Source: an uncultured Pelagibacteraceae bacterium (lineage in GTDB: Bacteria; Pseudomonadota; Alphaproteobacteria; Pelagibacterales; AG-422-B15). Taken from it: a DNA stretch of 64,000 nucleotides. A program made the position numbers and the translations under genes. Positions 1-8,484 of this stretch are shown here, piece by piece; within the stretch, counting starts at the first letter, position 1; each line of letters opens with the position of its first letter. The notes below the pieces were generated by a model. It searched no databases and was not told where the DNA came from. It saw only the letters and a list, made by a program, of their open reading frames with translations. The DNA lies in NCBI GenBank assembly GCA_902547315.1, contig CACCND010000002.1, forward strand, positions 9,609 to 73,608, in the 5' to 3' direction.

Positions 1-144
1 AACTTTTAGAAAGTCTTAATCAAACTCCATTGATTAGATGTGACGAACCGACTTATTTATTTAATTTTATTTCGGTAGCTGAGGCAAACTTGATTATGAC
101 ATTTTTACTATTATCTATAACATTGTATTTTGTATTTTTGAAAA

Positions 145-672
145 ATGAACGTTAAAGAAAAAATTTTAAAAAAGATTATTAGAGTTGATCAGGCAGGTGA
201 GCTTGGTGCTCAGCAAATATATCAGGGCCAGAAAATGATATTCAAACTTCAAAAAAATAAGAAAGATTTTGACCAAATATCGAAAATGGCTAAAGATGAA
301 GAGGAACATTTAGATTTTTTTGACAATATCGCCAAAGAAAAAAAGATCAGACCCACAAAACTGAAAGGCCTATTTGGTATTGGTGCTTACGCAATGGGTG
401 TAGGTACTGCCCTCATGGGCCCCAAAGCAGCCTATGTGTGCACCGAGGCAGTTGAGGAAATTATTGAAAAACATTATCAAAAACAAATTGATCAACTCGA
501 GGGGGTGGACGAGGAATTAAGAAAAAAATTAGTAAAATTTCGCGATGATGAAGTTGAGCATAAAAATACCGCTATTGATGAAGGGTCGCGAGAAGCCTTT
601 GGTTATTCTGTTTTAAGAAAAACAATCAATGAAACAACAAAAGCTGCTATTTTTTTGGCTGAGAGAATTTAA
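145..672 (+). CDS. coq7: Demethoxyubiquinone hydroxylase (Coq7 family di-iron carboxylate protein)
   Basis: 175 aa. N-terminal 'RVDQAGELGAQQIYQGQ' and repeated E..H ligand motifs ('DEEEHL', 'DDEVEH') are typical of Coq7/Clk-1. Confidence 0.85.
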   Translation: MNVKEKILKKIIRVDQAGELGAQQIYQGQKMIFKLQKNKKDFDQISKMAKDEEEHLDFFDNIAKEKKIRPTKLKGLFGIGAYAMGVGTALMGPKAAYVCTEAVEEIIEKHYQKQIDQLEGVDEELRKKLVKFRDDEVEHKNTAIDEGSREAFGYSVLRKTINETTKAAIFLAERI

Positions 673-1230
673 TTATCTTTCTAGTTGAATATCCCAATAT
701 AAAAAATCCATCCAGCTTTCATGCAAAAAGTTAGGTGGAAAAGATCGGCCACATTTATCTAAATCAGCCATTGTAGGTACTTTTGGAACATTGAGAGGCT
801 TCATACCTGAGTTTTTCAAAAGTTTTCCACCCTTTTTTACGTTACAACTTGAACAAGCTGTTACAATATTTTCCCAAGTTGTTTCTCCACCATGTGATCT
901 AGGTATAAGATGATCAAATGTTAAATCTTTCTTTGAACCACAATATTGACAACTAAACTTATCACGCAAAAAAACGTTAAATCTTGAGAATATTGGATTT
1001 CTGTTTGGCTTGATGTACGTTTTTAGACTAATAACGCTTGGTAAATACATTTGAAAACTTGGACTTCTAATTTCTCTTTCATAATTGGATACAATATTTA
1101 CTCTTCCAAGAACAACCGCTTTTACACTGTCTTGCCAGCACCACAAAGACAGCGGATAATGACTAAGAGGCCTGAAATCCGAATTTAGAACCAAAGCTGG
1201 ACATTTTTCTAAAGGAACTGCAATACTCAT
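673..1230 (-). CDS. Standalone HNH endonuclease-domain protein
   Basis: 'CQYCGSKKDLTFDHLIPRSHGGETTWENIVTACSSCNVKKG' is a complete HNH/zinc-finger nuclease motif. The stop abuts the coq7 stop with 0 nt spacer. Confidence 0.8.
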   Translation of the reverse strand: MSIAVPLEKCPALVLNSDFRPLSHYPLSLWCWQDSVKAVVLGRVNIVSNYEREIRSPSFQMYLPSVISLKTYIKPNRNPIFSRFNVFLRDKFSCQYCGSKKDLTFDHLIPRSHGGETTWENIVTACSSCNVKKGGKLLKNSGMKPLNVPKVPTMADLDKCGRSFPPNFLHESWMDFLYWDIQLER

Positions 1231-1274
1231 TAGTAATTAATATATGCAATTGTATAAAAATTTCAAAAAATTTT

Positions 1275-1928
1275 TTAATTTGAAAATTTTTCGACTAAGA
1301 ATTTAATTGCTATGTCTAAGCCGTCTTGAGCAATCGAATGCTGAGTGTTTGTAGAAATATGAGACTTAACATCTATACTCAATTGTGACAATTTTTTTTC
1401 AGCTTCAATAGTTTCTTGATAAGGAACCATAGGATCCATATCTCCATGAATTAGGTAAATTGGAGGTTTAGACTTTAATTCATTTTTAAGAAGTTCTGGA
1501 GCAATTAACCTTCCTGAAAAGCCAACAATTGCTCTCATTGAATTTTCTCTTCTAAGGCCGACATGTAAACTCATCATTGTGCCTTGACTGAAACCTACGA
1601 GCGCCAAATTATCATCACTTAACTCATAATTCTTAAGTTGTTCATCAATAAAATTATTAAGTGTGTCAGCTGCATTTAACACACCTTTCCAAATAGTTGC
1701 AGGATCACCCGATTGAAAATCAAACCATTGATATCCCATTGGGTTTAATCCACATTTTTCAGGTGCGTTAGGTGATAAAAAAACTGCATCGGGCATTTGA
1801 GGCTGAATATAATTAGCAAGGCCAATCAGATCATTGCCATCTGCGCCGTATCCGTGACAAAATATCACTAGTTTTGAAGGCTTTGAAGAGTCTTGAGGTT
1901 CTAAAACTGGTCCACTCAATATAGGCAT
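1275..1928 (-). CDS. Alpha/beta hydrolase, phospholipase/carboxylesterase (acyl-protein-thioesterase-like) family
   Basis: 217 aa. It has the nucleophile elbow 'GFSQG' and a late 'HGDMD'/'H' triad arrangement. The start overlaps the ecm stop (TAATG). Confidence 0.75.
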   Translation of the reverse strand: MPILSGPVLEPQDSSKPSKLVIFCHGYGADGNDLIGLANYIQPQMPDAVFLSPNAPEKCGLNPMGYQWFDFQSGDPATIWKGVLNAADTLNNFIDEQLKNYELSDDNLALVGFSQGTMMSLHVGLRRENSMRAIVGFSGRLIAPELLKNELKSKPPIYLIHGDMDPMVPYQETIEAEKKLSQLSIDVKSHISTNTQHSIAQDGLDIAIKFLVEKFSN

Positions 1929-3883
1929 TAAGATACTTTCCTCTCAACAATGCTCACAATATCACTCATTATATCTTTCAGCTGGTAATCCTTTGGAGTA
2001 TAAACTGCTTGTACTCCATATTTAATTAAGATCTTTTCATCTTCTGTTGGAATGATTCCTCCTACAATTACCGGTATATCATCCACTTTATTTTTTTTCA
2101 TTTCATTCATAATTTCTTCGACAAGCTGAACATGAGAACCGGACAAAATAGACAGTCCGATGATGTGTACATCTTCTTCAACAGATGATTTTACTATTTG
2201 TTCTGGTGTTAATCTAATTCCTTCGTATAGAACATCCATTCCACAATCACTCGCACTTACAGCAATTTGTTCGGCTCCACTAGAATGTCCGTCAAGGCCA
2301 GGTTTGCCTACAAGAAATTTAATTCTTCTTCCCATCTTATCTGACAATGATTCAACTCTTTTACGTATTGGACTGTAATCGTCATTATTGGAAGGTTGAA
2401 TATTAGTTATTCCAGTTGGTGCTTTGAATTCACCAAAAACATCACGAAGTACTTGAGACCATTCACCTGTTGTTACACCTGCTTTTGCAGCTATAATAGA
2501 AGCTTCCATTATATTTTTACCAGATTTTGCTGCTTCACTTAATTGATTTAAAGCGCTATCAACCTGTTTTTGATCTCTGTTTTGTCTCCAATCAACTACT
2601 GCTTTTACTTGTTCATTTTCAATTTTTGGATCAATTGTCTCTATGCCTCCATCATTTGATACAAGTGGTGACTCCTCAGTTTCAACATACTCATTAACTC
2701 CAACAACTATTTGCTCTTTATCGTTAATTCTTTTTAGCCTCTCTTTTTGAGAATTGACCAATTCTTGTTTTAAATAACCGCTTTCAACTGCAGCTACTGC
2801 ACCACCAATTGATTGAATATGATTAAATTCTTTCATCGCGATCTCTTTAAGGTTTTTAACCTTTTCATCAATTACTTCAGAACCATTGAATATATCGTCA
2901 AAATGCAGAAGATCTGTTTCATACGCAACAATTTGTTGTAATCTTAAGGACCATTGTTGATCCCATGGTCTTGGCAATCCCATTGCTTCATTCCAAGCTG
3001 GTAACTGAACTGCTCTTGCTCTTGCATCCTTTGAGAGAACAACGCCTAGCATTTCAATTAATATTCTATATACGTTGTTCTCAGGTTGTTGCTCAGTTAA
3101 TCCAAGGCTGTTTACTTGCATGCCGTATCTAAATCTCCTGTTTTTAGGATCCTTAACACCATATCTCTCTTTTGTAATTTCATTCCACAAAGATACAAAT
3201 GCTCTCATTTTACACATTTCAGTTATAAATTTGATTCCAGAATTAACAAAGAAGCTTATGCGCCCTACTACATTTTCAAATTGTTCCTCTGATAACACAT
3301 TTGAGGTTTTAACTTTATCAAGATAAGCAACAGCAATTGAAAGACCAAAAGCTAATTCCTGCTCTGGAGTTGCGCCCACTTCAACTAAATGGTAAGGACA
3401 TACATTGATTGGATTCCAATTTGGCATTTCTTTAAAAGTAAAAGTAATCACGTCTGAAATTATTTTTAAACTCGGATCAGGTGGGAGAATATATGTTCCT
3501 CTTGAGAGATATTCTTTTAAAACATCATTTTGAGTTGTCCCCCGTAATTTATCTCTGTCTATGCCCTGTTCATCTGCAACGGCTACATATAAACTCAGTA
3601 ACCATGCAGCTGTAGCATTAATGGTCATTGATGTATTCATTTTATCTAATGGAATTTGATTAAAGAGCGATCTCATGTCGCCAATATGACAAATTGGAAC
3701 ACCAACTTTACCAACCTCTCCTTTAGCGAGAATGTGATCGCTGTCATACCCAGTTTGAGTAGGTAAATCGAAAGCTACTGAAATACCTGTTTGACCCTTT
3801 GATAGGTTCTTCAGATAGAGTTCATTTGACTTTTTGGCAGACGAATGTCCTGCGTAAGTTCTTATGAGCCAAGGTTTATCCAT
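1928..3883 (-). CDS. ecm: Ethylmalonyl-CoA mutase (AdoCbl-dependent acyl-CoA mutase, MeaA/Ecm type, fused substrate and B12 domains)
   Basis: 651 aa. The N-terminus 'PWLIRTYAGHSSAKKSNELY..GQTGISVAFDLPTQTGYDSDH..GEVGKVGVP' matches the MeaA/Ecm subfamily as I recall it. The C-terminal B12 domain carries the DxHxxG motif 'DGHSSG'. It is divergent from ccr. Confidence 0.8.
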   Translation of the reverse strand: MDKPWLIRTYAGHSSAKKSNELYLKNLSKGQTGISVAFDLPTQTGYDSDHILAKGEVGKVGVPICHIGDMRSLFNQIPLDKMNTSMTINATAAWLLSLYVAVADEQGIDRDKLRGTTQNDVLKEYLSRGTYILPPDPSLKIISDVITFTFKEMPNWNPINVCPYHLVEVGATPEQELAFGLSIAVAYLDKVKTSNVLSEEQFENVVGRISFFVNSGIKFITEMCKMRAFVSLWNEITKERYGVKDPKNRRFRYGMQVNSLGLTEQQPENNVYRILIEMLGVVLSKDARARAVQLPAWNEAMGLPRPWDQQWSLRLQQIVAYETDLLHFDDIFNGSEVIDEKVKNLKEIAMKEFNHIQSIGGAVAAVESGYLKQELVNSQKERLKRINDKEQIVVGVNEYVETEESPLVSNDGGIETIDPKIENEQVKAVVDWRQNRDQKQVDSALNQLSEAAKSGKNIMEASIIAAKAGVTTGEWSQVLRDVFGEFKAPTGITNIQPSNNDDYSPIRKRVESLSDKMGRRIKFLVGKPGLDGHSSGAEQIAVSASDCGMDVLYEGIRLTPEQIVKSSVEEDVHIIGLSILSGSHVQLVEEIMNEMKKNKVDDIPVIVGGIIPTEDEKILIKYGVQAVYTPKDYQLKDIMSDIVSIVERKVS

Positions 3884-4017
3884 TGTTTTTCAACGTTTTT
3901 TTTTGGTTTTATTAAATCCTTTTGTTTAAAATGTATATACTAATCTAGCTAAAATGGCTATAAACCTAGAAAAAAGAAACATTAGTTTTATATTATCTAC
4001 ACTACAGGAGCAGATTT

Positions 4018-5253
4018 ATGACCACTGAAGAAAAAGATATTTATGCAATAGGTGAGGTTCCACCTCTTGGTTTTGTCCCTAAGAAAATGCACGCATGGGT
4101 AATCAGAAGAGATCGTCATGGAAACCCAATGCAATCATTTAAAGAAGAAGAATTTGATGTTCCTGAAGTTGGATCCAATGACGTTTTGATATTCGTAATG
4201 GCCGCGGGTGTAAACTATAATGGTGTTTGGGCTGGCCTTGGAAAACCTGTATCTACGCTTGATATGACTAAAAAAGACTATCACATTGCCGGTTCTGATT
4301 GTTCTGGGATAGTTTGGAAAGTTGGTTCTGGTGTAAAAAAATGGAAAGTGGGTGATGAGGTAATTATTCATGGTATGCAGTGGGATCATGAAGATGCTGA
4401 GGTTAATGGCGGTGAACCAATGATATCAAAAACAAATAAGGTCTTTGGTTACGAAACAGCAGATGGAACCTTTGCTCAGTTCACAGCTGTTCAAGCGCAC
4501 CAAGTTTTACGTAAGCCGCCAAATTTATCTTGGGAAGAAAGTGGTTGTTATATGCTGACTCTTGCAACCGCATATAGAATGCTATTTGGCCACGCTCCCA
4601 ATGAATTAAAGCCAGGTGAGTTTGTTTTAATATGGGGCGCATCGGGTGGTCTTGGAAGCATGGCAGTGCAACTTGCAAAAATTGTTGGCGCTAAACCAAT
4701 TGGTATTGTCTCTGATAACTCTAAAATTGATTATGTAAAAGATCTTGGAGCTGTAGGCGTTCTAAACAGAAAAGATTTTGATTGTTGGGGTGAACATCCT
4801 GATATTGATGACGCTGAAACATATGCAAACTACATGAAGGAAGTTAGAAAATTTGGTAAGGCCTTATGGGAATTTACAGGTAAGGGTAATAATGTTGACA
4901 TGGTATTTGAGCATCCGGGCGAAACTACCGTTCCTGTTTCGTGTTTTGTAGTAAAACCAGGAGGAATGGTTGTTATTTGTGCTGGTACGACAGGATATAA
5001 TCTCACATTAGATGCTAGATACCTATGGATGCAAAGTAAAAGACTTCAGGGTTCACACTTTGGAAATTCAAAGCAAGCAAATGCAGCAAATGAACTTGTT
5101 ATTGACGGCACATTAGATCCTTGTATGTCAGAGCTTTTTGCATGGAACAATATTCCTGATGCTCATGAAAAGATGCTTAACAATGAACATAAAGGCGGAA
5201 ATATGGCTGTCCTTGTTGGTGCTGCAAAAGAAGGACAAAAATCTCTAAACTAG
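4018..5253 (+). CDS. ccr: Crotonyl-CoA carboxylase/reductase
   Basis: 411 aa MDR-family enzyme. 'GEVPPLGFVPKKMHAWVIRR..VMAAGVNYNGVWAGLGKPVS..YHIAGSDCSGIVWKVG' is characteristic of Ccr. A GGAG-like RBS ('caggag') lies upstream. Confidence 0.85.
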   Translation: MTTEEKDIYAIGEVPPLGFVPKKMHAWVIRRDRHGNPMQSFKEEEFDVPEVGSNDVLIFVMAAGVNYNGVWAGLGKPVSTLDMTKKDYHIAGSDCSGIVWKVGSGVKKWKVGDEVIIHGMQWDHEDAEVNGGEPMISKTNKVFGYETADGTFAQFTAVQAHQVLRKPPNLSWEESGCYMLTLATAYRMLFGHAPNELKPGEFVLIWGASGGLGSMAVQLAKIVGAKPIGIVSDNSKIDYVKDLGAVGVLNRKDFDCWGEHPDIDDAETYANYMKEVRKFGKALWEFTGKGNNVDMVFEHPGETTVPVSCFVVKPGGMVVICAGTTGYNLTLDARYLWMQSKRLQGSHFGNSKQANAANELVIDGTLDPCMSELFAWNNIPDAHEKMLNNEHKGGNMAVLVGAAKEGQKSLN

Positions 5254-5263
5254 AAAGTTAAAC

Positions 5264-6919
5264 ATGCACGAACTAATTTCTAAATGTCAAAAATCTCTTA
5301 TTACAGTCGATAAGTATTACGATGCTGCCCTGCAACACGTAAGAGGTGAGTTAATTGTTAATGGAAGATTATCTCGTGATAATCTAGATAGAGAACAACA
5401 TGCTGCACATGGCTTATCTTGGGTTGCTGCATATAGAGCTACTTTGAAAGAAATGGTTAATTGGGCCTCAAACCTTGACTCGACCGGGACGTTTAATGAA
5501 ACAGAGCAATTAATTTTGCAAATCACTTTTTCGGAATACTGCGCGCAAATTAAATCTGGGATACCAATGTCACAACTAGAGTATGTTCGTCCCCAAGATT
5601 TAGGATTAAAAAATGGTCTTTTTCAAGAAACAGGGACTGAAGAATTTAATGATCTGATTTTGAATGGCAATAGTAATGTAGATCGCATGAAACTTGCTCA
5701 ATTATTAAAAGATGGATTTTCAAGTAAAAACTTTGGTAATAGCGGCCTAGATGAAACTGCATCAATAATTCAAGAACAATTTAGAAAATTTGTTGAAGAT
5801 GATGTGACGCCAAACGCTCATGAATGGCACCTCAAAGATAACCTTATTCCGATGTCAATAATTGAAAAAATGTCTGAACTTGGTGTATTTGGTCTGACGA
5901 TTCCTGAAGAATACGGTGGACTTGGAATGACAAGATTTGTTGACTGTGTGGTAACTGAGGAACTTGCAAGGGGTTATATTGGTATTGGCTCACTTGGTAC
6001 ACGCGGTGATATAGCTGCCGAATTACTGATTACAGGTGGCACTGAAGAACAGAAAAATAAATATTTACCGAAAATTGCATCTGGTGAAATACTTCCATGT
6101 GCTGTATTAACCGAACCTCATTCAGGATCTGATATGGGCTCATTCAAAACAAGAGCAGTTGCTAATGGAGAGCACTATACAATCACAGGAAACAAGACAT
6201 GGGTTACACATGGAGCTAGAAGTGACGTGATGATGTTATTAGCACGTACGAATCCTGATGAAAAAGGCTACAAAGGTCTATCAATGTTCCTTGCTGAAAA
6301 ACAGAGGGGTGATGACGATAATATGTTCCCTGATGAGGGAATAAGTGGTGGCGAAATCGAAGTTTTAGGCTACAGGGGTATGAAAGAGTACGAAATGGCT
6401 TTTGATGGCTTTAAAGTTAAAAAAGGAAATCTACTTGGTGAAAAGGAAGGAAATGGCTTCAAACAAATGATGGAAACTTTTGAAGCAGCTCGTATACAAA
6501 CTGCAGCTAGAGCACTGGGTGTAGCACAATCAGCTTTTGAAACTGCAATGCAATATGCAATAGATAGACTAGATACAAATGGCGGTTCGCTGTATGACAA
6601 GCCTAGAAATGCATCAAAAATTGTTTCTATGGCTACTGAGATTATGGCTGCAAGACAATTAACTTATTATGCTGCAAGAGAAAAAGACAAAGGACACAGA
6701 TGTGATTTGGAAGCAGGAATGGCAAAAATGTTGGCTGCCAGAGTTGCTTGGGCATGCGCAGATAACGGAGTCCAAATCCATGGGGGTAATGGGTTCGCGC
6801 TTGAGTATCCAATAAGTAGGATTTTATGTGACTCTAGAATTTTAAATATATTTGAGGGAACTGCAGAAATACAGGCTGACATTGTAACACGTCGACTTGT
6901 TTCTACGAACCCCGCTTAA
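5264..6919 (+). CDS. mcd: (2S)-methylsuccinyl-CoA dehydrogenase-like acyl-CoA dehydrogenase with about 170-aa N-terminal extension
   Basis: 551 aa against about 380 aa for ordinary ACADs. The ACAD core runs from about residue 170 ('GLTIPEEYGGLG', 'TEPHSGSD', 'IFEGTAEIQ'). It lies 10 nt downstream of ccr. Confidence 0.75.
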   Translation: MHELISKCQKSLITVDKYYDAALQHVRGELIVNGRLSRDNLDREQHAAHGLSWVAAYRATLKEMVNWASNLDSTGTFNETEQLILQITFSEYCAQIKSGIPMSQLEYVRPQDLGLKNGLFQETGTEEFNDLILNGNSNVDRMKLAQLLKDGFSSKNFGNSGLDETASIIQEQFRKFVEDDVTPNAHEWHLKDNLIPMSIIEKMSELGVFGLTIPEEYGGLGMTRFVDCVVTEELARGYIGIGSLGTRGDIAAELLITGGTEEQKNKYLPKIASGEILPCAVLTEPHSGSDMGSFKTRAVANGEHYTITGNKTWVTHGARSDVMMLLARTNPDEKGYKGLSMFLAEKQRGDDDNMFPDEGISGGEIEVLGYRGMKEYEMAFDGFKVKKGNLLGEKEGNGFKQMMETFEAARIQTAARALGVAQSAFETAMQYAIDRLDTNGGSLYDKPRNASKIVSMATEIMAARQLTYYAAREKDKGHRCDLEAGMAKMLAARVAWACADNGVQIHGGNGFALEYPISRILCDSRILNIFEGTAEIQADIVTRRLVSTNPA

Positions 6920-6925
6920 TTTTAT

Positions 6926-7129
6926 ATGCCAGGTTTTTTATATTACTTATTAATTCCTATATCGCTTCTTGCTGTTTTAGCCGTTTTAGGTACAGGTATT
7001 TATGCCATGTTTAAAGGTGGAGAATTTAATAAAAAGTACTCAAATAAACTTATGAGACTTAGAATTACTCTACAGTTTATTGCGATTGTAATAATTATGA
7101 GTGCTCTTTACTTTTCAACTAATTCTTAA
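6926..7129 (+). CDS. Twin-transmembrane-helix small protein (HIG1-domain-like)
   Basis: 67 aa with two hydrophobic helices separated by 'KGGEFNKKYSNKLMRLRITLQF', resembling the bacterial HIG_1_N family. The stop overlaps the pduO start (TAATG). Confidence 0.6.
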   Translation: MPGFLYYLLIPISLLAVLAVLGTGIYAMFKGGEFNKKYSNKLMRLRITLQFIAIVIIMSALYFSTNS

Positions 7130-7692
7130 TGGTAAAACTCAATAAAATTTATACAAGGGCCGGTGATAAAGGCAAAACAGGACTTGTATCTGGGAAACGT
7201 GTATTTAAGGATAATATAAGAATAAAAGCATACGGAACTGTCGATGAACTGAATTCTATACTTGGAATTTTAAACACGAGTGCCAAATCATCTTTGAAAA
7301 AAATAATTTCAGAAATACAAAATGACTTATTTGATTTAGGTGCTGATCTCGCAACTCCAGTTGAAAAAGAACCAAAATATAAACCGCTACGCGTTACAAG
7401 CAATCAGGTTACAAGAATTGAAAAAACAATTGACAAATATAACGCAAAGTTAGCACCCCTTAATTCTTTTGTGCTACCGGGAGGGTCTAAGTCTGCGGCA
7501 TTTTTACACAATGCAAGAACTGTAACGCGCCGAGCCGAAACTCAGATTGTCGCACTCGCAAAAAAAGAAGAAGTCAACGAAGAAGCAATTAAATATATCA
7601 ATCGGTTATCAGATTTATTTTTTGTTTTATCAAGAGCTGAGAACAACAATGGCAAAAAAGATGTTTTGTGGAAACCTGGTAAGAATGTATAA
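7129..7692 (+). CDS. pduO: ATP:cob(I)alamin adenosyltransferase, PduO/MMAB type
   Basis: 187 aa. The N-terminal 'KIYTRAGDKGKTGL' signature and overall length fit PduO-type ATR. Confidence 0.85.
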   Translation: MVKLNKIYTRAGDKGKTGLVSGKRVFKDNIRIKAYGTVDELNSILGILNTSAKSSLKKIISEIQNDLFDLGADLATPVEKEPKYKPLRVTSNQVTRIEKTIDKYNAKLAPLNSFVLPGGSKSAAFLHNARTVTRRAETQIVALAKKEEVNEEAIKYINRLSDLFFVLSRAENNNGKKDVLWKPGKNV

Positions 7693-7734
7693 TTTATGTT
7701 TACTCAACAAAAAAGATATTATAACAAATAAACA

Positions 7735-8484
7735 ATGAAAATTTTAGTCCCAGTTAAAAGAGTTATTGATCCGTACGTTAACATCAGAGTTAAATCTGAT
7801 CAAACTGGTGTTGAAACTGAAAATGTAAAAATGTCTATGAACCCCTTTTGTGAAATTGCAGTTGAAGAGGCAATTAGATTAAAAGAAGCTGGTAAAGCTG
7901 AAGAAATCATCGCCGTTTCAATCGGCAATCAATCTTGTCAAGAGACTATTCGAACGGCGCTTGCAATGGGAGCTGATCGAGGAATACATGTGCTCACAGA
8001 AGAAAAAGTTGAGCCTATTTCAATTGCAAAAATTCTAGCAAAAATTTGTGAAAGCGAGTCACCTGGACTAGTGATATCCGGAAAGCAAGCGATTGATGGA
8101 GACAACAATCAAACTGGTCAAATGCTTGCTGCACTAACAGATATGCCTCAAGGAACGTTTGCTTCAAAAGTTGAAATCGACGGCGACAAGGTTAAAGTCA
8201 CTAGAGAAATAGACGGAGGTTTACAAACTGTAAATCTGAATATGCCAGCTATTATTACCACCGATTTAAGATTGAATGAACCTAGATATGCTTCACTGCC
8301 TAATATTATGAAAGCTAAAAAGAAACCAATTGATCAAAAATCTCCTGACGACTATGGAGTTGACGTTACACCTAGAGTAAGTATTTTAAAAGTTATTGAG
8401 CCTCCAAAGCGTCAGGCTGGAATCAAAGTCGAGAATGTTGGAGATCTTGTAGAAAAATTAAAAAATGAGGCAGGAGTTATATGA
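7735..8484 (+). CDS. etfB: Electron transfer flavoprotein beta subunit
   Basis: 249 aa. '[18 protein letters not shown]' and '[17 protein letters not shown]' are classic EtfB. There is a 4-nt overlap with etfA. Confidence 0.9.
   Translation: MKILVPVKRVIDPYVNIRVKSDQTGVETENVKMSMNPFCEIAVEEAIRLKEAGKAEEIIAVSIGNQSCQETIRTALAMGADRGIHVLTEEKVEPISIAKILAKICESESPGLVISGKQAIDGDNNQTGQMLAALTDMPQGTFASKVEIDGDKVKVTREIDGGLQTVNLNMPAIITTDLRLNEPRYASLPNIMKAKKKPIDQKSPDDYGVDVTPRVSILKVIEPPKRQAGIKVENVGDLVEKLKNEAGVI

Noticed and set aside
3884-4017. The divergent ecm/ccr intergenic region, scanned for an operator palindrome (for example a TetR/CcrR-type site).
   Set aside because: I found only 4-bp inverted repeats (TAGC...GCTA) in a very AT-rich background, which is indistinguishable from chance. 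No regulator gene is adjacent.
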